A DNA stretch of 64,000 nt from Escherichia coli (lineage in GTDB: Bacteria > Pseudomonadota > Gammaproteobacteria > Enterobacterales > Enterobacteriaceae), in NCBI RefSeq assembly GCF_003334765.1, contig NZ_QOWT01000016.1. One strand, given 5' to 3'. This document shows, one piece after another, positions 14,254 to 27,299 of the stretch. Made by a program: the position numbers and the translations under genes. Below the pieces are notes generated by a model. That model saw nothing but the letters and a program-made list of their open reading frames with translations. It was not told the DNA's origin and searched no databases. Numbering within the stretch: position 1 is the first letter of the stretch; each line of letters starts with the position of its first letter.

Positions 14254-15411
14254 CTACCGCTCTTCATCCAGTTGTAACGCCACATACAGCAGCAACCTGT
14301 CATCAAAATTGCCCAAATCAAGCCCGGTCAGTTCCGATATACGATTAAGCCGATACTCCAGGGTATTACGATGAATAAACAACGCCTTTGACGTTGCCAG
14401 CGGTTGCACATTGTGGCGAAACCACGCCGCCAGCGTTCGTCGCAGCAAGCCGTTATTGTCCATCGTTTTCAGCCGCGCCAGCGGTCGCGCCAGTTCGTTG
14501 GCCTGCCAGTCGCCACGCAAACTGTCGAGTAACACAGGTAACATCAGATCCTGATAAAAATAGCAGCGACTTTCTGGCATCCGCTGTTTACCCACCACCA
14601 TCGTCGTTTTCGCCGTACGATAGGATCGGGCAATACTGCCAGGACCGGTAAAATAGTTGCCCAGTGAAACGCGAAAACGCAGCTGGCCGTACTCTTTCAT
14701 GCGGGTAATCAGTTGTTCAACTCGCTTACGATGATCTTCTGCATCCCAGCGCCCAAAAGAGTTCAACGCCGGTTTCAACACCACCATTTCGGTTAGCGAG
14801 ACAATCGCCACCAGATTATTACGCTCGGGCGTAGTCAGCGCGTTTTGCAGTTGTTGTAACTCCGCCATTGCGCTGTCCACGCCAAGCTGACCGCTGTCGA
14901 CCTCAACAATAGCCACCACTCGCGGTTGATTGAGATCGATCCCCAGCCGTTGCGCCCATTCAGTAAGTGCGGGAGTATTCTCCTCTGCCTGAATCAGGTT
15001 CATCACCAGTTCTTCCCGCAAACGGCTATCCTGCGCCAACAAGTGCATCAACCGCGACTGTTCCAGCATCATTTCAGCCGTCATGCAGACCAGTTCGCCA
15101 TATTTACGCAGATTCTCTGGTTCACCTGTCAGGCCAATTACGCCGACAATTTCACCTTCCAGCCGTAACGGTAGATTAATCCCCTGCCGCACACCGTGCA
15201 GATGACGTGCTACCGCGTCATCGATATCGACGACTCGTCCCTGTGAAAGTACCAGCAATGCACCTTCGTGCAATTCACCAATACGCTCACGATCGCCGCT
15301 GCCGATAATTCGCCCACGGGCATCCATTACGTTGATATTGGTATCGATGATGCGCATGGTACGTGCCACGATATCCTGCGCCATTTTGGTATCAAGATGC
15401 CAGCCAGCCAT
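14254..15411 (-). CDS. cdaR: Carbohydrate diacid regulator (CdaR/SdaR family)
   Basis: ORF track extends to 15429, but start placed at ATG 15409-15411 (MAGWHLDTKMAQDIV...), 385 aa; C-terminal PucR-type HTH. Confidence 0.85.
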   Translation of the reverse strand: MAGWHLDTKMAQDIVARTMRIIDTNINVMDARGRIIGSGDRERIGELHEGALLVLSQGRVVDIDDAVARHLHGVRQGINLPLRLEGEIVGVIGLTGEPENLRKYGELVCMTAEMMLEQSRLMHLLAQDSRLREELVMNLIQAEENTPALTEWAQRLGIDLNQPRVVAIVEVDSGQLGVDSAMAELQQLQNALTTPERNNLVAIVSLTEMVVLKPALNSFGRWDAEDHRKRVEQLITRMKEYGQLRFRVSLGNYFTGPGSIARSYRTAKTTMVVGKQRMPESRCYFYQDLMLPVLLDSLRGDWQANELARPLARLKTMDNNGLLRRTLAAWFRHNVQPLATSKALFIHRNTLEYRLNRISELTGLDLGNFDDRLLLYVALQLDEER

Positions 15412-15530
15412 AAGTCCTCCGTTATGCACGGCTTAGCATAAGGAAGTACGTAACGTACGGCATTGTGCAAATGCCTAAAGGATGATGAAGATGTATGGAG
15501 TTGTGGTGAAGTTCACAGATTGTAAGGAGA

Positions 15531-15557
15531 ACCCCTTCCCGTTTTCAGGAAGGGGTT
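15531..15557 (-). terminator. degP terminator hairpin
   Basis: accccttcc-loop-ggaaggggt hairpin beginning 9 bp downstream of degP stop. Confidence 0.5.
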
Positions 15558-15565
15558 GAGGGAGA

Positions 15566-16990
15566 TTACTGCATTAACAGGTAGATGGTGCTGTCGCCGC
15601 GCTGAATGTTGAGTGCCAGCACAGACGGTTTGCTGTCGAGAACTTTACGCAGTTCAGCGATGTTTTTCACTGCCTGCTGGTTCGCGCCAATAATCACATC
15701 ACCTTTCTTCAGGCCGATCTGCGCAGCCGGAGTGCCCGTTTTCACGTTGTTCACTACCACGCCCTGATCTTTGCCTTTGTTGCTCATCTCAGCGCCTTCA
15801 ATGCCGTTGAAGATGGAGCTGGAATCAACCTGATTCTGGCTGCTCTGCTGCAGTTCCAGGTTCACGTTAACCTGCTTACCGTCGCGCAGTAAGCCCAGGG
15901 TCAGTTTGCTGCCTACCGGCATAGTACCCACCTGAGCACGCAGTGCGGCAAAGCTGCTGATCGGCTTACCGTTCAGTGAGGTGATCACATCACCCGCTTT
16001 AATGCCCGCTTTTGCAGCGGAGGAATTAGGCAGAACCTGGCTTACGAAAGCACCGCGCTGGGCGTCAACTTTCATCGCTTTCGCCAGTTCGGAGTTCAGC
16101 TCAGTCCCCATAATACCCAGCTCACCGCGTTTCACCTGGCCGTATTCCACCATCTGCGAGGTCAGGTTTTTCACCATGTTACTCGGGATAGCAAAACCGA
16201 TACCGATGTTGCCGCCGTCCGGTGCGAGGATCGCGGTGTTGATACCGATCAGTTCGCCGTTCAGGTTAACCAGCGCACCACCGGAGTTACCACGGTTGAT
16301 CGCTGCATCGGTCTGGATGAAGTTTTCGTAGTTTTCGGCATTCAGGCCGCTACGCCCCAGCGCAGAGACAATCCCGGAAGTTACCGTCTCGCCCAGACCA
16401 AACGGGTTACCAATCGCTACGGTGTAATCACCCACGCGCAGTGCATCAGAATCCGCCATCTTAATTGCGGTCAGGTTTTTCGGGTTCTGGATTTGGATCA
16501 GCGCGATATCAGAGCGCGGATCTTTGCCAACCATCTTCGCGTCGAACTTACGGCCATCGCTCAGTTGAACTTTAATGACCGTCGCGTTATCAACAACGTG
16601 GTTGTTGGTGACGACATAGCCTTTATCGGCATCAATGATGACGCCGGAACCCAGCGCCATGAATTTCTGTTGCTGGCCGCCACCATTACCGCCCTGGCCA
16701 CCCTGGCAGAACGGAGAGCTCTGGAACGGAGAACCTTCCTGGCAGAACGGAGAATCATCACCGAAGAACTGCTGGAAATTACGCGGCATACGCGGCGTAT
16801 TAACGGTTGTGCTACCTTCTACGTTAATGCTGACCACTGAAGGCATCACCTTTTCGAGCATCGGTGCAAGGCTTGGCATCTGCTGGGCTGTCGTTGCTGA
16901 AGAAGTCTCAGCCGCCGTTGCAGAGAGCGGAGATAACGCCAAACCTAAACTCAGAGCCAGTGCACTCAGTGCTAATGTGGTTTTTTTCAT
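15566..16990 (-). CDS. degP: Periplasmic serine endoprotease DegP/HtrA
   Basis: 474-aa ORF with signal peptide, trypsin-like catalytic region (GNSGGAL) and two PDZ-like regions. Confidence 0.95.
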   Translation of the reverse strand: MKKTTLALSALALSLGLALSPLSATAAETSSATTAQQMPSLAPMLEKVMPSVVSINVEGSTTVNTPRMPRNFQQFFGDDSPFCQEGSPFQSSPFCQGGQGGNGGGQQQKFMALGSGVIIDADKGYVVTNNHVVDNATVIKVQLSDGRKFDAKMVGKDPRSDIALIQIQNPKNLTAIKMADSDALRVGDYTVAIGNPFGLGETVTSGIVSALGRSGLNAENYENFIQTDAAINRGNSGGALVNLNGELIGINTAILAPDGGNIGIGFAIPSNMVKNLTSQMVEYGQVKRGELGIMGTELNSELAKAMKVDAQRGAFVSQVLPNSSAAKAGIKAGDVITSLNGKPISSFAALRAQVGTMPVGSKLTLGLLRDGKQVNVNLELQQSSQNQVDSSSIFNGIEGAEMSNKGKDQGVVVNNVKTGTPAAQIGLKKGDVIIGANQQAVKNIAELRKVLDSKPSVLALNIQRGDSTIYLLMQ

Positions 16991-17035
16991 GTATTTCAGT
17001 CTCGATTAACAGATAACGCAAAATTGCTGTGTTCT

Positions 17036-17063
17036 TCAGATTCGTTTTATAGCCTGAAGTTCC
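17036..17063 (-). promoter_or_regulatory. Sigma-E-type promoter of degP
   Basis: Minus-strand GGAACTT (17063-17057) - 16-nt spacer - TCTGA (17040-17036); upstream gtaaa-like CpxR-type half sites around 17075-17110. Confidence 0.7.
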
Positions 17064-17119
17064 GAACTAAAGTTTCTGCAAAAGGTAAAAATTTATTGTT
17101 CGTCTTTACAAAAGCCTGG

Positions 17120-18637
17120 TTATTGTTCTACGGCCATCAGACGTCGGTATTCATCCCACGCATAGAGGTCGGTCATACCGCTGATATAATCCTGCAGCAG
17201 GCGGCAACGGTAATAATATTCCCATAGCGGAAACTCAGGAGAATCTGACGGTAATTTACTGACAGCCTCGACATAGGCCAGCCGATGGCGCGTCGAGAGT
17301 TTGTGGAATAAGCGCGATTCAATAGGGAAACGTTTCACCCGTTCTTTTTCTACCAGTTCAGTAAAGTCTGATAACGACAGGCTTAATAAAGGACGATAAA
17401 TCTCTAATAATCCGCTAATGACCCGATAGCCCTGCAATTCAAGCTGCTCGACATCTGGATGGCTAAACACATGTTTTACAGCGACATTTTTATATAGCTT
17501 AAGAAGATCGCTGCATTCGCTGGCATCTTCCAATAATGCATGATTAAACGTTCCGGCGAAAATCGCAGGCAGATTATCAATAAATCGTTGTGCCGCGTAG
17601 GGTACCAGTTTATTTAGGGTGTTTACCCGTAAATACATAAAAAACTGATCTTCCGTACTGCGGCTTAAACTATTTGAGCGTGATTTTTCCCAGGCATTTT
17701 CAACCACCAGCGAAAAGAGCGAACCTTTCTCATGCTGGCCCCACGCTTCGTGCAAATGATGATAAAGCTGCTCAACGGTAAATATTCTTTTCTCTACCGC
17801 ATCTTCAAGGTCTGCCACACAATAGGAGATGTCGTCGGCAGCTTCCATAATCCACGTTAATGGAAAACGACTGTAAAGCGCCAAATTAAGTTCTTTACGC
17901 AACCGGGCAATATAGGCTTCTTCAGAAAGATAATAACCCGGCTTTTTCATTAAATAGTGATGTGTCTCAGGCGTTTCGCCACGCCACCACGCCGGACGGG
18001 TATATTTTAAAATACCGCCAACCTGTGCCCAGGTGAGATTCATCCGCATCAATGTATGCACCAGGCGAATGCCTTGTGCATTCCCCTCAAAATGACATAA
18101 GTCCTGACGAATCTTGCGCCGCAGCTCGTTAAGCGGTTCTTCCCCGTCCCGTAAACGTAGTGCCGCCACGCTGCAGCGATCGTCAGTCAGAGGCTGGCTT
18201 TCGGCATCTTCCGGGTGCAAACGTTGGCGAAACCAGTCATTTATCGCCGCTTCGCCAAAATGACCAAACGGCGGATTGCCGATATCGTGCATCAGGCATG
18301 ACATCTCAACAATGCTTTCAAAGGGACCGGTCAGTTCATCCAGGCCGTATGCTTCCAGTAATTTAAGCTCTTTCAGACGGCTTAAAATTTCTTTGGCGAT
18401 GTAGCGCCCCACCTGCTGGACTTCCATCGAGTGGGTAAGACGCGTGCGCACGGCGGCATTGCGCTCCAGTGGAAAAACCTGGGTCTTTTGTTGCAGACGA
18501 CGAATTGCCGGAGAGTTGATGATACGCCCGCGATCGCTCTCGAAGATCCGCAGGATCTCATGTTCGGTTTTAACGCCCTGCGGTGAACGGTAACGACGAT
18601 GCCAGTTTATTTTTTTTCGGAAATCAATCTGTGCCAT
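17120..18637 (-). CDS. dgt: dGTP triphosphohydrolase
   Basis: 505-aa ORF with HD-domain motifs. Confidence 0.93.
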
Positions 18638-18720
18638 GTCCTCTCCCGCGTGAGAAATACGCTTCCCCGTAAGCGCATGGTAAACTATGCCTTCAAATCG
18701 GGCTTATCGCGAGTAAATCT

Positions 18721-19419
18721 ATGAAAATCGGCATCATTGGTGCAATGGAAGAAGAAGTTACGCTGCTGCGTGACAAAATCGAAAACCGTCAAACTATCAG
18801 TCTCGGCGGTTGCGAAATCTATACCGGCCAACTGAATGGAACCGAGGTTGCGCTTCTGAAATCGGGCATCGGTAAAGTCGCTGCGGCGCTGGGTGCCACT
18901 TTGCTGTTGGAACACTGCAAGCCAGATGTGATTATTAACACCGGTTCTGCCGGTGGCCTGGCACCAACGTTGAAAGTGGGCGATATCGTTGTCTCGGACG
19001 AAGCACGTTATCACGACGCGGATGTCACGGCATTTGGTTATGAATACGGTCAGTTACCAGGCTGTCCGGCAGGCTTTAAAGCTGACGATAAACTGATCGC
19101 TGCCGCTGAGGCCTGCATTGCCGAACTGAATCTTAACGCTGTACGTGGCCTGATTGTTAGCGGCGACGCTTTCATCAACGGTTCTGTTGGTCTGGCGAAA
19201 ATCCGCCACAACTTCCCACAGGCCATTGCTGTAGAGATGGAAGCGACGGCAATCGCCCATGTCTGCCACAATTTCAACGTCCCGTTTGTTGTCGTACGCG
19301 CCATCTCCGACGTGGCCGATCAACAGTCTCATCTTAGCTTCGATGAGTTCCTGGCTGTTGCCGCTAAACAGTCCAGCCTGATGGTTGAGTCACTGGTGCA
19401 GAAACTTGCACATGGCTAA
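18721..19419 (+). CDS. mtnN: 5'-methylthioadenosine/S-adenosylhomocysteine nucleosidase
   Basis: 232-aa [23 protein letters not shown]... Confidence 0.93.
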   Translation: MKIGIIGAMEEEVTLLRDKIENRQTISLGGCEIYTGQLNGTEVALLKSGIGKVAAALGATLLLEHCKPDVIINTGSAGGLAPTLKVGDIVVSDEARYHDADVTAFGYEYGQLPGCPAGFKADDKLIAAAEACIAELNLNAVRGLIVSGDAFINGSVGLAKIRHNFPQAIAVEMEATAIAHVCHNFNVPFVVVRAISDVADQQSHLSFDEFLAVAAKQSSLMVESLVQKLAHG

Positions 19420-20212
19420 GTCACTGTTCAGGGCGCTGGTCGCCCTGTCTTTTCTTGCGCCACTGTGGCTCAACGCCGCGCCGCGCGTCATCACGCTTTC
19501 TCCCGCCAACACTGAACTTGCCTTTGCCGCCGGGATCACGCCGGTTGGGGTCAGCAGCTATTCCGACTATCCTCCACAAGCGCAAAAGATTGAGCAGGTT
19601 TCCACCTGGCAGGGGATGAATCTGGAACGCATTGTCGCGCTGAAACCCGATCTGGTGATTGCCTGGCGTGGAGGTAATGCCGAGCGGCAGGTTGACCAGC
19701 TGGCTTCGCTGGGAATAAAAGTGATGTGGGTCGATGCGACAAGCATTGAACAAATTGCCAATGCGTTACGTCAACTGGCCCCCTGGAGTCCGCAACCAGA
19801 CAAGGCCGAACAAGCCGCGCAATCCCTGCTGGATCAGTACGCGCAATTGAAAGCGCAATATGCTGATAAACCTAAAAAACGTGTTTTTCTGCAATTCGGC
19901 ATTAATCCGCCATTTACCAGTGGAAAAGAGTCGATTCAGAACCAGGTACTCGAAGTTTGTGGCGGAGAAAACATCTTTAAAGACAGCCGGGTTCCCTGGC
20001 CGCAAGTTAGCCGCGAACAGGTGTTAGCACGCTCGCCACAGGCGATTGTCATTACAGGCGGACCGGACCAAATTCCTAAAATCAAACAATACTGGGGTGA
20101 ACAGCTCAAAATTCCCGTTATTCCTCTCACGAGTGACTGGTTTGAACGTGCAAGCCCACGTATTATCCTCGCTGCACAACAGCTCTGTAATGCGCTTTCA
20201 CAGGTAGATTAG
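19412..20212 (+). CDS. btuF: Vitamin B12 periplasmic binding protein
   Basis: ORF track starts at 19385, but start placed at ATG 19412-19414 ([22 protein letters not shown] signal peptide); overlaps mtnN 3' end by 8 nt. Confidence 0.9.
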   Translation: MAKSLFRALVALSFLAPLWLNAAPRVITLSPANTELAFAAGITPVGVSSYSDYPPQAQKIEQVSTWQGMNLERIVALKPDLVIAWRGGNAERQVDQLASLGIKVMWVDATSIEQIANALRQLAPWSPQPDKAEQAAQSLLDQYAQLKAQYADKPKKRVFLQFGINPPFTSGKESIQNQVLEVCGGENIFKDSRVPWPQVSREQVLARSPQAIVITGGPDQIPKIKQYWGEQLKIPVIPLTSDWFERASPRIILAAQQLCNALSQVD

Positions 20213-20249
20213 CGCCTGACCTTTTCAGGTGCTCAGTGGGGATTGAACA

Positions 20250-20873
20250 ATGCTCGTCTATTGGCTGGATATAGTCGGCACAGCGGTATTTGCCATCTCC
20301 GGCGTTTTGTTAGCCGGAAAATTGCGTATGGACCCTTTTGGTGTTCTGGTACTGGGCGTGGTAACCGCAGTAGGCGGCGGGACAATTCGCGACATGGCGC
20401 TGGATCACGGCCCGGTATTTTGGGTGAAAGATCCCACCGATCTGGTCGTTGCAATGGTCACCAGCATGCTGACCATCGTGCTGGTGCGCCAGCCAAGACG
20501 CTTACCAAAATGGATGTTGCCGGTGCTGGACGCCGTTGGTCTGGCGGTGTTTGTCGGCATTGGCGTGAATAAAGCCTTTAATGCGGAAGCCGGTCCGTTA
20601 ATCGCGGTTTGTATGGGCGTCATTACTGGCGTTGGCGGCGGGATCATTCGTGATGTTCTGGCCCGCGAAATCCCCATGATTTTACGTACAGAAATCTACG
20701 CAACTGCCTGTATTATCGGCGGTATTGTCCACGCTACGGCTTATTACACATTTTCCGTACCACTGGAAACAGCCAGTATGATGGGCATGGTCGTGACGCT
20801 ATTGATTCGGCTGGCGGCTATTCGTTGGCATCTTAAGCTACCGACGTTTGCGCTGGATGAGAATGGGCGTTGA
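20250..20873 (+). CDS. yadS: UPF0126 inner-membrane protein with two-fold internal repeat
   Basis: 207-aa hydrophobic ORF; halves share the VGGGxIRD motif. Confidence 0.85.
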   Translation: MLVYWLDIVGTAVFAISGVLLAGKLRMDPFGVLVLGVVTAVGGGTIRDMALDHGPVFWVKDPTDLVVAMVTSMLTIVLVRQPRRLPKWMLPVLDAVGLAVFVGIGVNKAFNAEAGPLIAVCMGVITGVGGGIIRDVLAREIPMILRTEIYATACIIGGIVHATAYYTFSVPLETASMMGMVVTLLIRLAAIRWHLKLPTFALDENGR

Positions 20874-20919
20874 AGAGAGAAGATGTGCCGGATAGTTTAT
20901 CCGGCACATGAACAACAGA

Positions 20920-21264
20920 TTAGATACTAAAGGAAGAACCGCAACCGCAGGTGCTTTTCGCGTTCGGGTTGGTCACGATGAAACGAGAACCTTCCAGACC
21001 TTCGGTATAATCAACGGAACCGCCGACCAGATATTGCAGGCTCATCGGATCAACCACCAGGCCAACGCCCTGTTTTTCGATGGTCATATCGCCTTCGTTC
21101 ACCTGATCATCAAAGGTGAAACCATACTGGAAGCCGCTGCAACCGCCACCGGTGATATACACGCGTAATTTCAGATTCGGGTTATCTTCGTCAGCGATCA
21201 GGCTTTTAACTTTGTTGGCTGCTGCGTCGGTAAACTCCAGCGGCAGTGCTACGTCATCACTCAT
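20920..21264 (-). CDS. erpA: A-type iron-sulfur cluster carrier
   Basis: ORF track extends to 21297, but start placed at ATG 21262-21264 ([19 protein letters not shown]...), 114 aa; C-terminal CGCGSSF. Confidence 0.9.
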
Positions 21265-21345
21265 ATTTTGCTCCAAACGACATCGGCAATTGGGCAAATT
21301 CTAACCCAATAATAATCGCCATTATCTAATACCCTGGTATTTCGT

Positions 21346-22785
<1,440 letters not shown>

Positions 22786-22991
22786 TCATACAAATAAGAT
22801 GACGGCATTTTACTCGCACGTTCCATGAAAATCCTTTGCAAAGCGTAATGTTTCAAATGCACAAAACTTTTATACTCTAAGAAATCAGGATTGCACCAGT
22901 ACAAGCAGCCTGATGTTTGACGAGTATTTAACTTGTTATGAATAACATAGAATAGCAGCCATTCACTTTTTCTACGAATCAGGAACCCTCC

Positions 22992-24272
22992 ATGAGTAAG
23001 TCTGAAAATCTTTACAGCGCAGCGCGCGAGCTGATCCCTGGCGGTGTGAACTCCCCTGTTCGCGCCTTTACTGGCGTGGGCGGCACTCCACTGTTTATCG
23101 AAAAAGCGGACGGCGCTTATCTGTACGATGTTGATGGCAAAGCCTATATCGATTATGTCGGTTCCTGGGGGCCGATGGTGCTGGGCCATAACCATCCGGC
23201 AATCCGCAATGCCGTGATTGAAGCCGCCGAGCGTGGTTTAAGCTTTGGTGCACCAACCGAAATGGAAGTGAAAATGGCGCAACTGGTGACCGAACTGGTC
23301 CCGACCATGGATATGGTGCGCATGGTGAACTCCGGCACTGAAGCGACCATGAGCGCCATCCGCCTGGCCCGTGGTTTTACCGGTCGCGACAAAATTATTA
23401 AATTTGAAGGGTGTTACCATGGTCACGCTGACTGCCTGCTGGTGAAAGCCGGTTCTGGCGCACTCACGTTAGGCCAGCCAAACTCGCCGGGCGTTCCGGC
23501 AGATTTCGCCAAACATACCTTAACCTGTACTTATAATGATCTGGCTTCTGTACGCGCCGCATTTGAGCAATACCCGCAAGAGATTGCCTGTATTATCGTC
23601 GAGCCGGTGGCAGGCAATATGAACTGTGTTCCGCCGCTGCCAGAGTTCCTGCCAGGTCTGCGCGCGCTGTGCGACGAATTTGGCGCGTTGCTGATCATCG
23701 ATGAAGTGATGACCGGTTTCCGCGTAGCGCTAGCTGGCGCACAGGATTATTACGGCGTAGTGCCAGATTTAACCTGCCTCGGCAAAATCATCGGCGGTGG
23801 AATGCCGGTAGGCGCATTCGGTGGTCGTCGTGATGTAATGGATGCGCTGGCCCCGACGGGTCCGGTCTATCAGGCGGGTACGCTTTCCGGTAACCCGATT
23901 GCGATGGCAGCGGGTTTCGCCTGTCTGAATGAAGTCGCGCAGCCGGGCGTTCACGAAACGCTGGATGAGCTGACAACACGTCTGGCAGAAGGTCTGCTGG
24001 AAGCGGCAGAAGAAGCCGGAATTCCGCTGGTCGTTAACCACGTTGGCGGCATGTTCGGTATTTTCTTTACCGACGCCGAGTCCGTGACGTGCTATCAGGA
24101 TGTGATGGCCTGTGACGTGGAACGCTTTAAGCGTTTCTTCCATATGATGCTGGGCGAAGGTGTTTACCTGGCACCGTCAGCGTTTGAAGCGGGCTTTATG
24201 TCCGTGGCGCACAGCATGGAAGATATCAATAACACCATCGATGCTGCACGTCGGGTGTTTGCGAAGTTGTGA
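22992..24272 (+). CDS. hemL: Glutamate-1-semialdehyde 2,1-aminomutase
   Basis: 426-aa ORF, class III aminotransferase. Confidence 0.95.
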   Translation: MSKSENLYSAARELIPGGVNSPVRAFTGVGGTPLFIEKADGAYLYDVDGKAYIDYVGSWGPMVLGHNHPAIRNAVIEAAERGLSFGAPTEMEVKMAQLVTELVPTMDMVRMVNSGTEATMSAIRLARGFTGRDKIIKFEGCYHGHADCLLVKAGSGALTLGQPNSPGVPADFAKHTLTCTYNDLASVRAAFEQYPQEIACIIVEPVAGNMNCVPPLPEFLPGLRALCDEFGALLIIDEVMTGFRVALAGAQDYYGVVPDLTCLGKIIGGGMPVGAFGGRRDVMDALAPTGPVYQAGTLSGNPIAMAAGFACLNEVAQPGVHETLDELTTRLAEGLLEAAEEAGIPLVVNHVGGMFGIFFTDAESVTCYQDVMACDVERFKRFFHMMLGEGVYLAPSAFEAGFMSVAHSMEDINNTIDAARRVFAKL

Positions 24273-24281
24273 TCCAGCATG

Positions 24282-24410
<129 letters not shown>

Positions 24411-24429
24411 GGGCCGTTATATGGAAAAA

Positions 24430-26412
24430 TTAACGGCTCTGCTTTCTCAACAAATAGATAAAATATGGCGCGCCGATAAAGGTTGACAGCAGCCCCGCCG
24501 GGATCTGGAATGGAAACAGCACCATCCGCCCACACCAGTCAGCGAACACCAGCAGTAAACCACCCACCAGCGCCGAAATTACGATGTGTGGCATCGTCCG
24601 TCGAAAGCCCATCATCCGCGCAATATGCGGTGCCATTAAACCAACAAAACTCAACGGTCCAATAGTCATCGTCGCGGTCGCCGTCAGGCAAGCCGCTAAC
24701 AGCAGCAGCGCAATTCGCGTCGGCGTCAGCGCCATTCCTACGGCTCGGGCGGTATCACCACCCAGCGGTAAAATGGTCAGCCAGCGGCGGCACAGCGGGG
24801 TAATCGCCAGCAAAATCACCATCACAATTCCGGTGCGCCAGACCTGCGCATCGGTCGCGTTGTAGGTCGAACCGGAAATCCAGGTCAGCACTTGCGCCAT
24901 TCGCGGGTCACCACTTGCCTGCAACATCATCAAAAGCATGGTGAACGCGGTGCTTAACGCCATCCCCGCCAGTAACATACGGTGTGGGGAAAATCCACCG
25001 CGGCCGGCGGCGATCATAATGATCAACAGCGTCACCGCCGCGCCGAGACTGCCTGCAGGTAACAGCCAGCCAAAGGCATTACCCGGCACCAGAAACAGCA
25101 TCAACACCACGCCAAACGCCGCGCCGGAGCTAATCCCCAGCACTTCCGGGCTTGCCATCGGGTTTCCGGTCAGTCGCTGAATAATACAGCCCGCCACCGC
25201 CAGCATGACGCCCGCAAACAGCGCCGCCATAATTCGCGGCCAGCGCCAGGGCATTAAATCCTCGAGCAACGCCCCGCTCGCCCACGTCCAGCCGTGCGCA
25301 TCACGACCAAACGACAGCGCCACCACCACAGCCATCAACAGCAGCACGCCGCCCGCGAGGGCAAACGCCAGCACATGTTGGCGTTCAGCCGCGACACGAT
25401 CGTTGACCTTCATATCCGGCGCGCTAATGCTGCGTAAACGCGGCAACAGCCACAGTAGCAGCGGCGCACCGATCAACGCAGTGACCGAACCGGTGGACAC
25501 TTCCATCCACACGCGAGTCAGCCAGAGGATGATTTGATCGGAAAGCCAGAGGATCAGCGCACCAATCAACGACGCCAGCATCAGTCGTGGCAGCAGACGC
25601 CGCGCCCCCAGCATTTTTGCCAGCAGCGGCGCGAACAACCCGATAAAGCCGATAATCCCCACAGCGTTCACCAGCAGCGCACTGATGACAATCGCCAGCG
25701 ACAGCGCCGCCAGACGCGCAAGCGACAAGGCCAGCCCGAGATTGCGCGCCACGCCATCATCAAGCCCCATCAGGGTTAACGGACGAAGTAGCAGCAACGT
25801 CAGCATCACACCGCCCAGCAGCTGCGGCCATAAACGCTCAACGCCGCCCCAGTCGGTTTGCGTCAGCGTTCCAGTGCTCCACAGAAACATGCTTTGCAGT
25901 TGGTCATGATGGAAGATAACCAGTAACTGATTGATTGCGCCGCAATAAAGGCTCACTACCAACCCCGCGAGAATCAGCGTTACCGGCGACAGCCGTTTCC
26001 CCCACGCGACGCCAAAGACAATTAAGCCAACAACACAAGCCCCTGCCAGCGCAGCAAACTGGCTCGCCATCGCACCAGGGATCGCCCAGAGCGTAGTGAC
26101 GGTAATCCCCAGTTGCGCGCCTGTAGCAACGCCAAGCGTCGTCGGCTCCGCCAGCGGGTTACGCAGCACTTGCTGAAACAGCACGCCCACCAGCCCCAGA
26201 CCCGCGCCCACCAGCAGCGAAATCGCCAGACGCGGCAACAAGCTGTAGTGAAAAATCATCTGCTCGATGACGTCAATATCCGGCGACCAGGCAGCCTGCG
26301 CCCACTGGCTACGCGGCAGCGCCTGCGAGAAGTTCATCCAGGTGAGCGCCGTAGCGACAATCACTAACAGCGCCAGCAATAACGCCGGGAAAAGCGCAAT
26401 TCGTTTACTCAC
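24430..26412 (-). CDS. fhuB: Ferric hydroxamate ABC transporter permease (fused duplicated FecCD domains)
   Basis: 660-aa hydrophobic ORF; GTG start at 26410-26412 overlapping fhuD stop (GTGA). Confidence 0.93.
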   Translation of the reverse strand: MSKRIALFPALLLALLVIVATALTWMNFSQALPRSQWAQAAWSPDIDVIEQMIFHYSLLPRLAISLLVGAGLGLVGVLFQQVLRNPLAEPTTLGVATGAQLGITVTTLWAIPGAMASQFAALAGACVVGLIVFGVAWGKRLSPVTLILAGLVVSLYCGAINQLLVIFHHDQLQSMFLWSTGTLTQTDWGGVERLWPQLLGGVMLTLLLLRPLTLMGLDDGVARNLGLALSLARLAALSLAIVISALLVNAVGIIGFIGLFAPLLAKMLGARRLLPRLMLASLIGALILWLSDQIILWLTRVWMEVSTGSVTALIGAPLLLWLLPRLRSISAPDMKVNDRVAAERQHVLAFALAGGVLLLMAVVVALSFGRDAHGWTWASGALLEDLMPWRWPRIMAALFAGVMLAVAGCIIQRLTGNPMASPEVLGISSGAAFGVVLMLFLVPGNAFGWLLPAGSLGAAVTLLIIMIAAGRGGFSPHRMLLAGMALSTAFTMLLMMLQASGDPRMAQVLTWISGSTYNATDAQVWRTGIVMVILLAITPLCRRWLTILPLGGDTARAVGMALTPTRIALLLLAACLTATATMTIGPLSFVGLMAPHIARMMGFRRTMPHIVISALVGGLLLVFADWCGRMVLFPFQIPAGLLSTFIGAPYFIYLLRKQSR

Positions 26413-27299
26413 GCTTTACCTCCGATGGCGTTATCCAGAACGCGCACAAAGTGCATTGCCGAGAGCGTCGCACCATAAAACCAGACTGCAGGTACGCGCT
26501 GAAAGCGTCCGGCGCGGACAAACGGCATGGCCTGCCACAGCGGCGTTGCCATTAGCGCATCCATGTCTTTGCTGTTGTCGTGATCAAAACAGAGCACATC
26601 AACGTCTTTATACGCCGCCAGACGATCGATACTGACGGCGGTACTGCCCCAGAAGTTGGTTTCCCCTTGCCAGGCATTTGGGATGCCGTACTCATCAAGA
26701 ATTTCCTGGAACAAGCTGTTTGGACCGAAGACCAGCATATGGCGCGGATCGATAAGCGTCGTCAGCAATAACGGACGCGCACCACGCTTCACAAAGCGGG
26801 GTTTCATGCTGCGGATAAAGTCTTCATATTGCGCTAAATGCGTTTCCGCTGCGCTTTGCAGGTTAAGTAAATCTGCCATTTCCGTCAGCGATTTACGCGC
26901 CATCGCCAACGGCTGTTTGCCGTCACTGAAGTTAAATCCGCGACCCGGCGCAATACGAGCCAGCATTTCTGGTGAAGGGCCATATCCTGCCGACCAGACC
27001 ATAAACGATGGTTTCATTTCGGTCAGCAGTTCAAGGTTAGGTTCTGTGCGCAAACCGACGTCGATCACTGAGTCCGGCAATGGTGGTTCGCTGACCCACA
27101 GGCGATAGTTGATGGTATCCGCCACGCCGTAAGGCACGATGCCGAGCGCCAGCAGTAATTCCACCGGCAACCACTCCAGCGCCACAATACGATTGGGATC
27201 AATAGCCGCCGCGTGGGCGGTATTCATCTGCCATAACAACGGAGAAAGCGCCATCGCCGTTAACAGTCGACGGCGCGAAATAAGAGGTAAGCCGCTCAT
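26409..27299 (-). CDS. fhuD: Ferric hydroxamate periplasmic binding protein
   Basis: ATG at 27297-27299 (MSGLPLISRRRLLTAMALSPLLW...), 296 aa; start shares 1 nt with fhuC stop. Confidence 0.9.
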   Translation of the reverse strand: MSGLPLISRRRLLTAMALSPLLWQMNTAHAAAIDPNRIVALEWLPVELLLALGIVPYGVADTINYRLWVSEPPLPDSVIDVGLRTEPNLELLTEMKPSFMVWSAGYGPSPEMLARIAPGRGFNFSDGKQPLAMARKSLTEMADLLNLQSAAETHLAQYEDFIRSMKPRFVKRGARPLLLTTLIDPRHMLVFGPNSLFQEILDEYGIPNAWQGETNFWGSTAVSIDRLAAYKDVDVLCFDHDNSKDMDALMATPLWQAMPFVRAGRFQRVPAVWFYGATLSAMHFVRVLDNAIGGKA

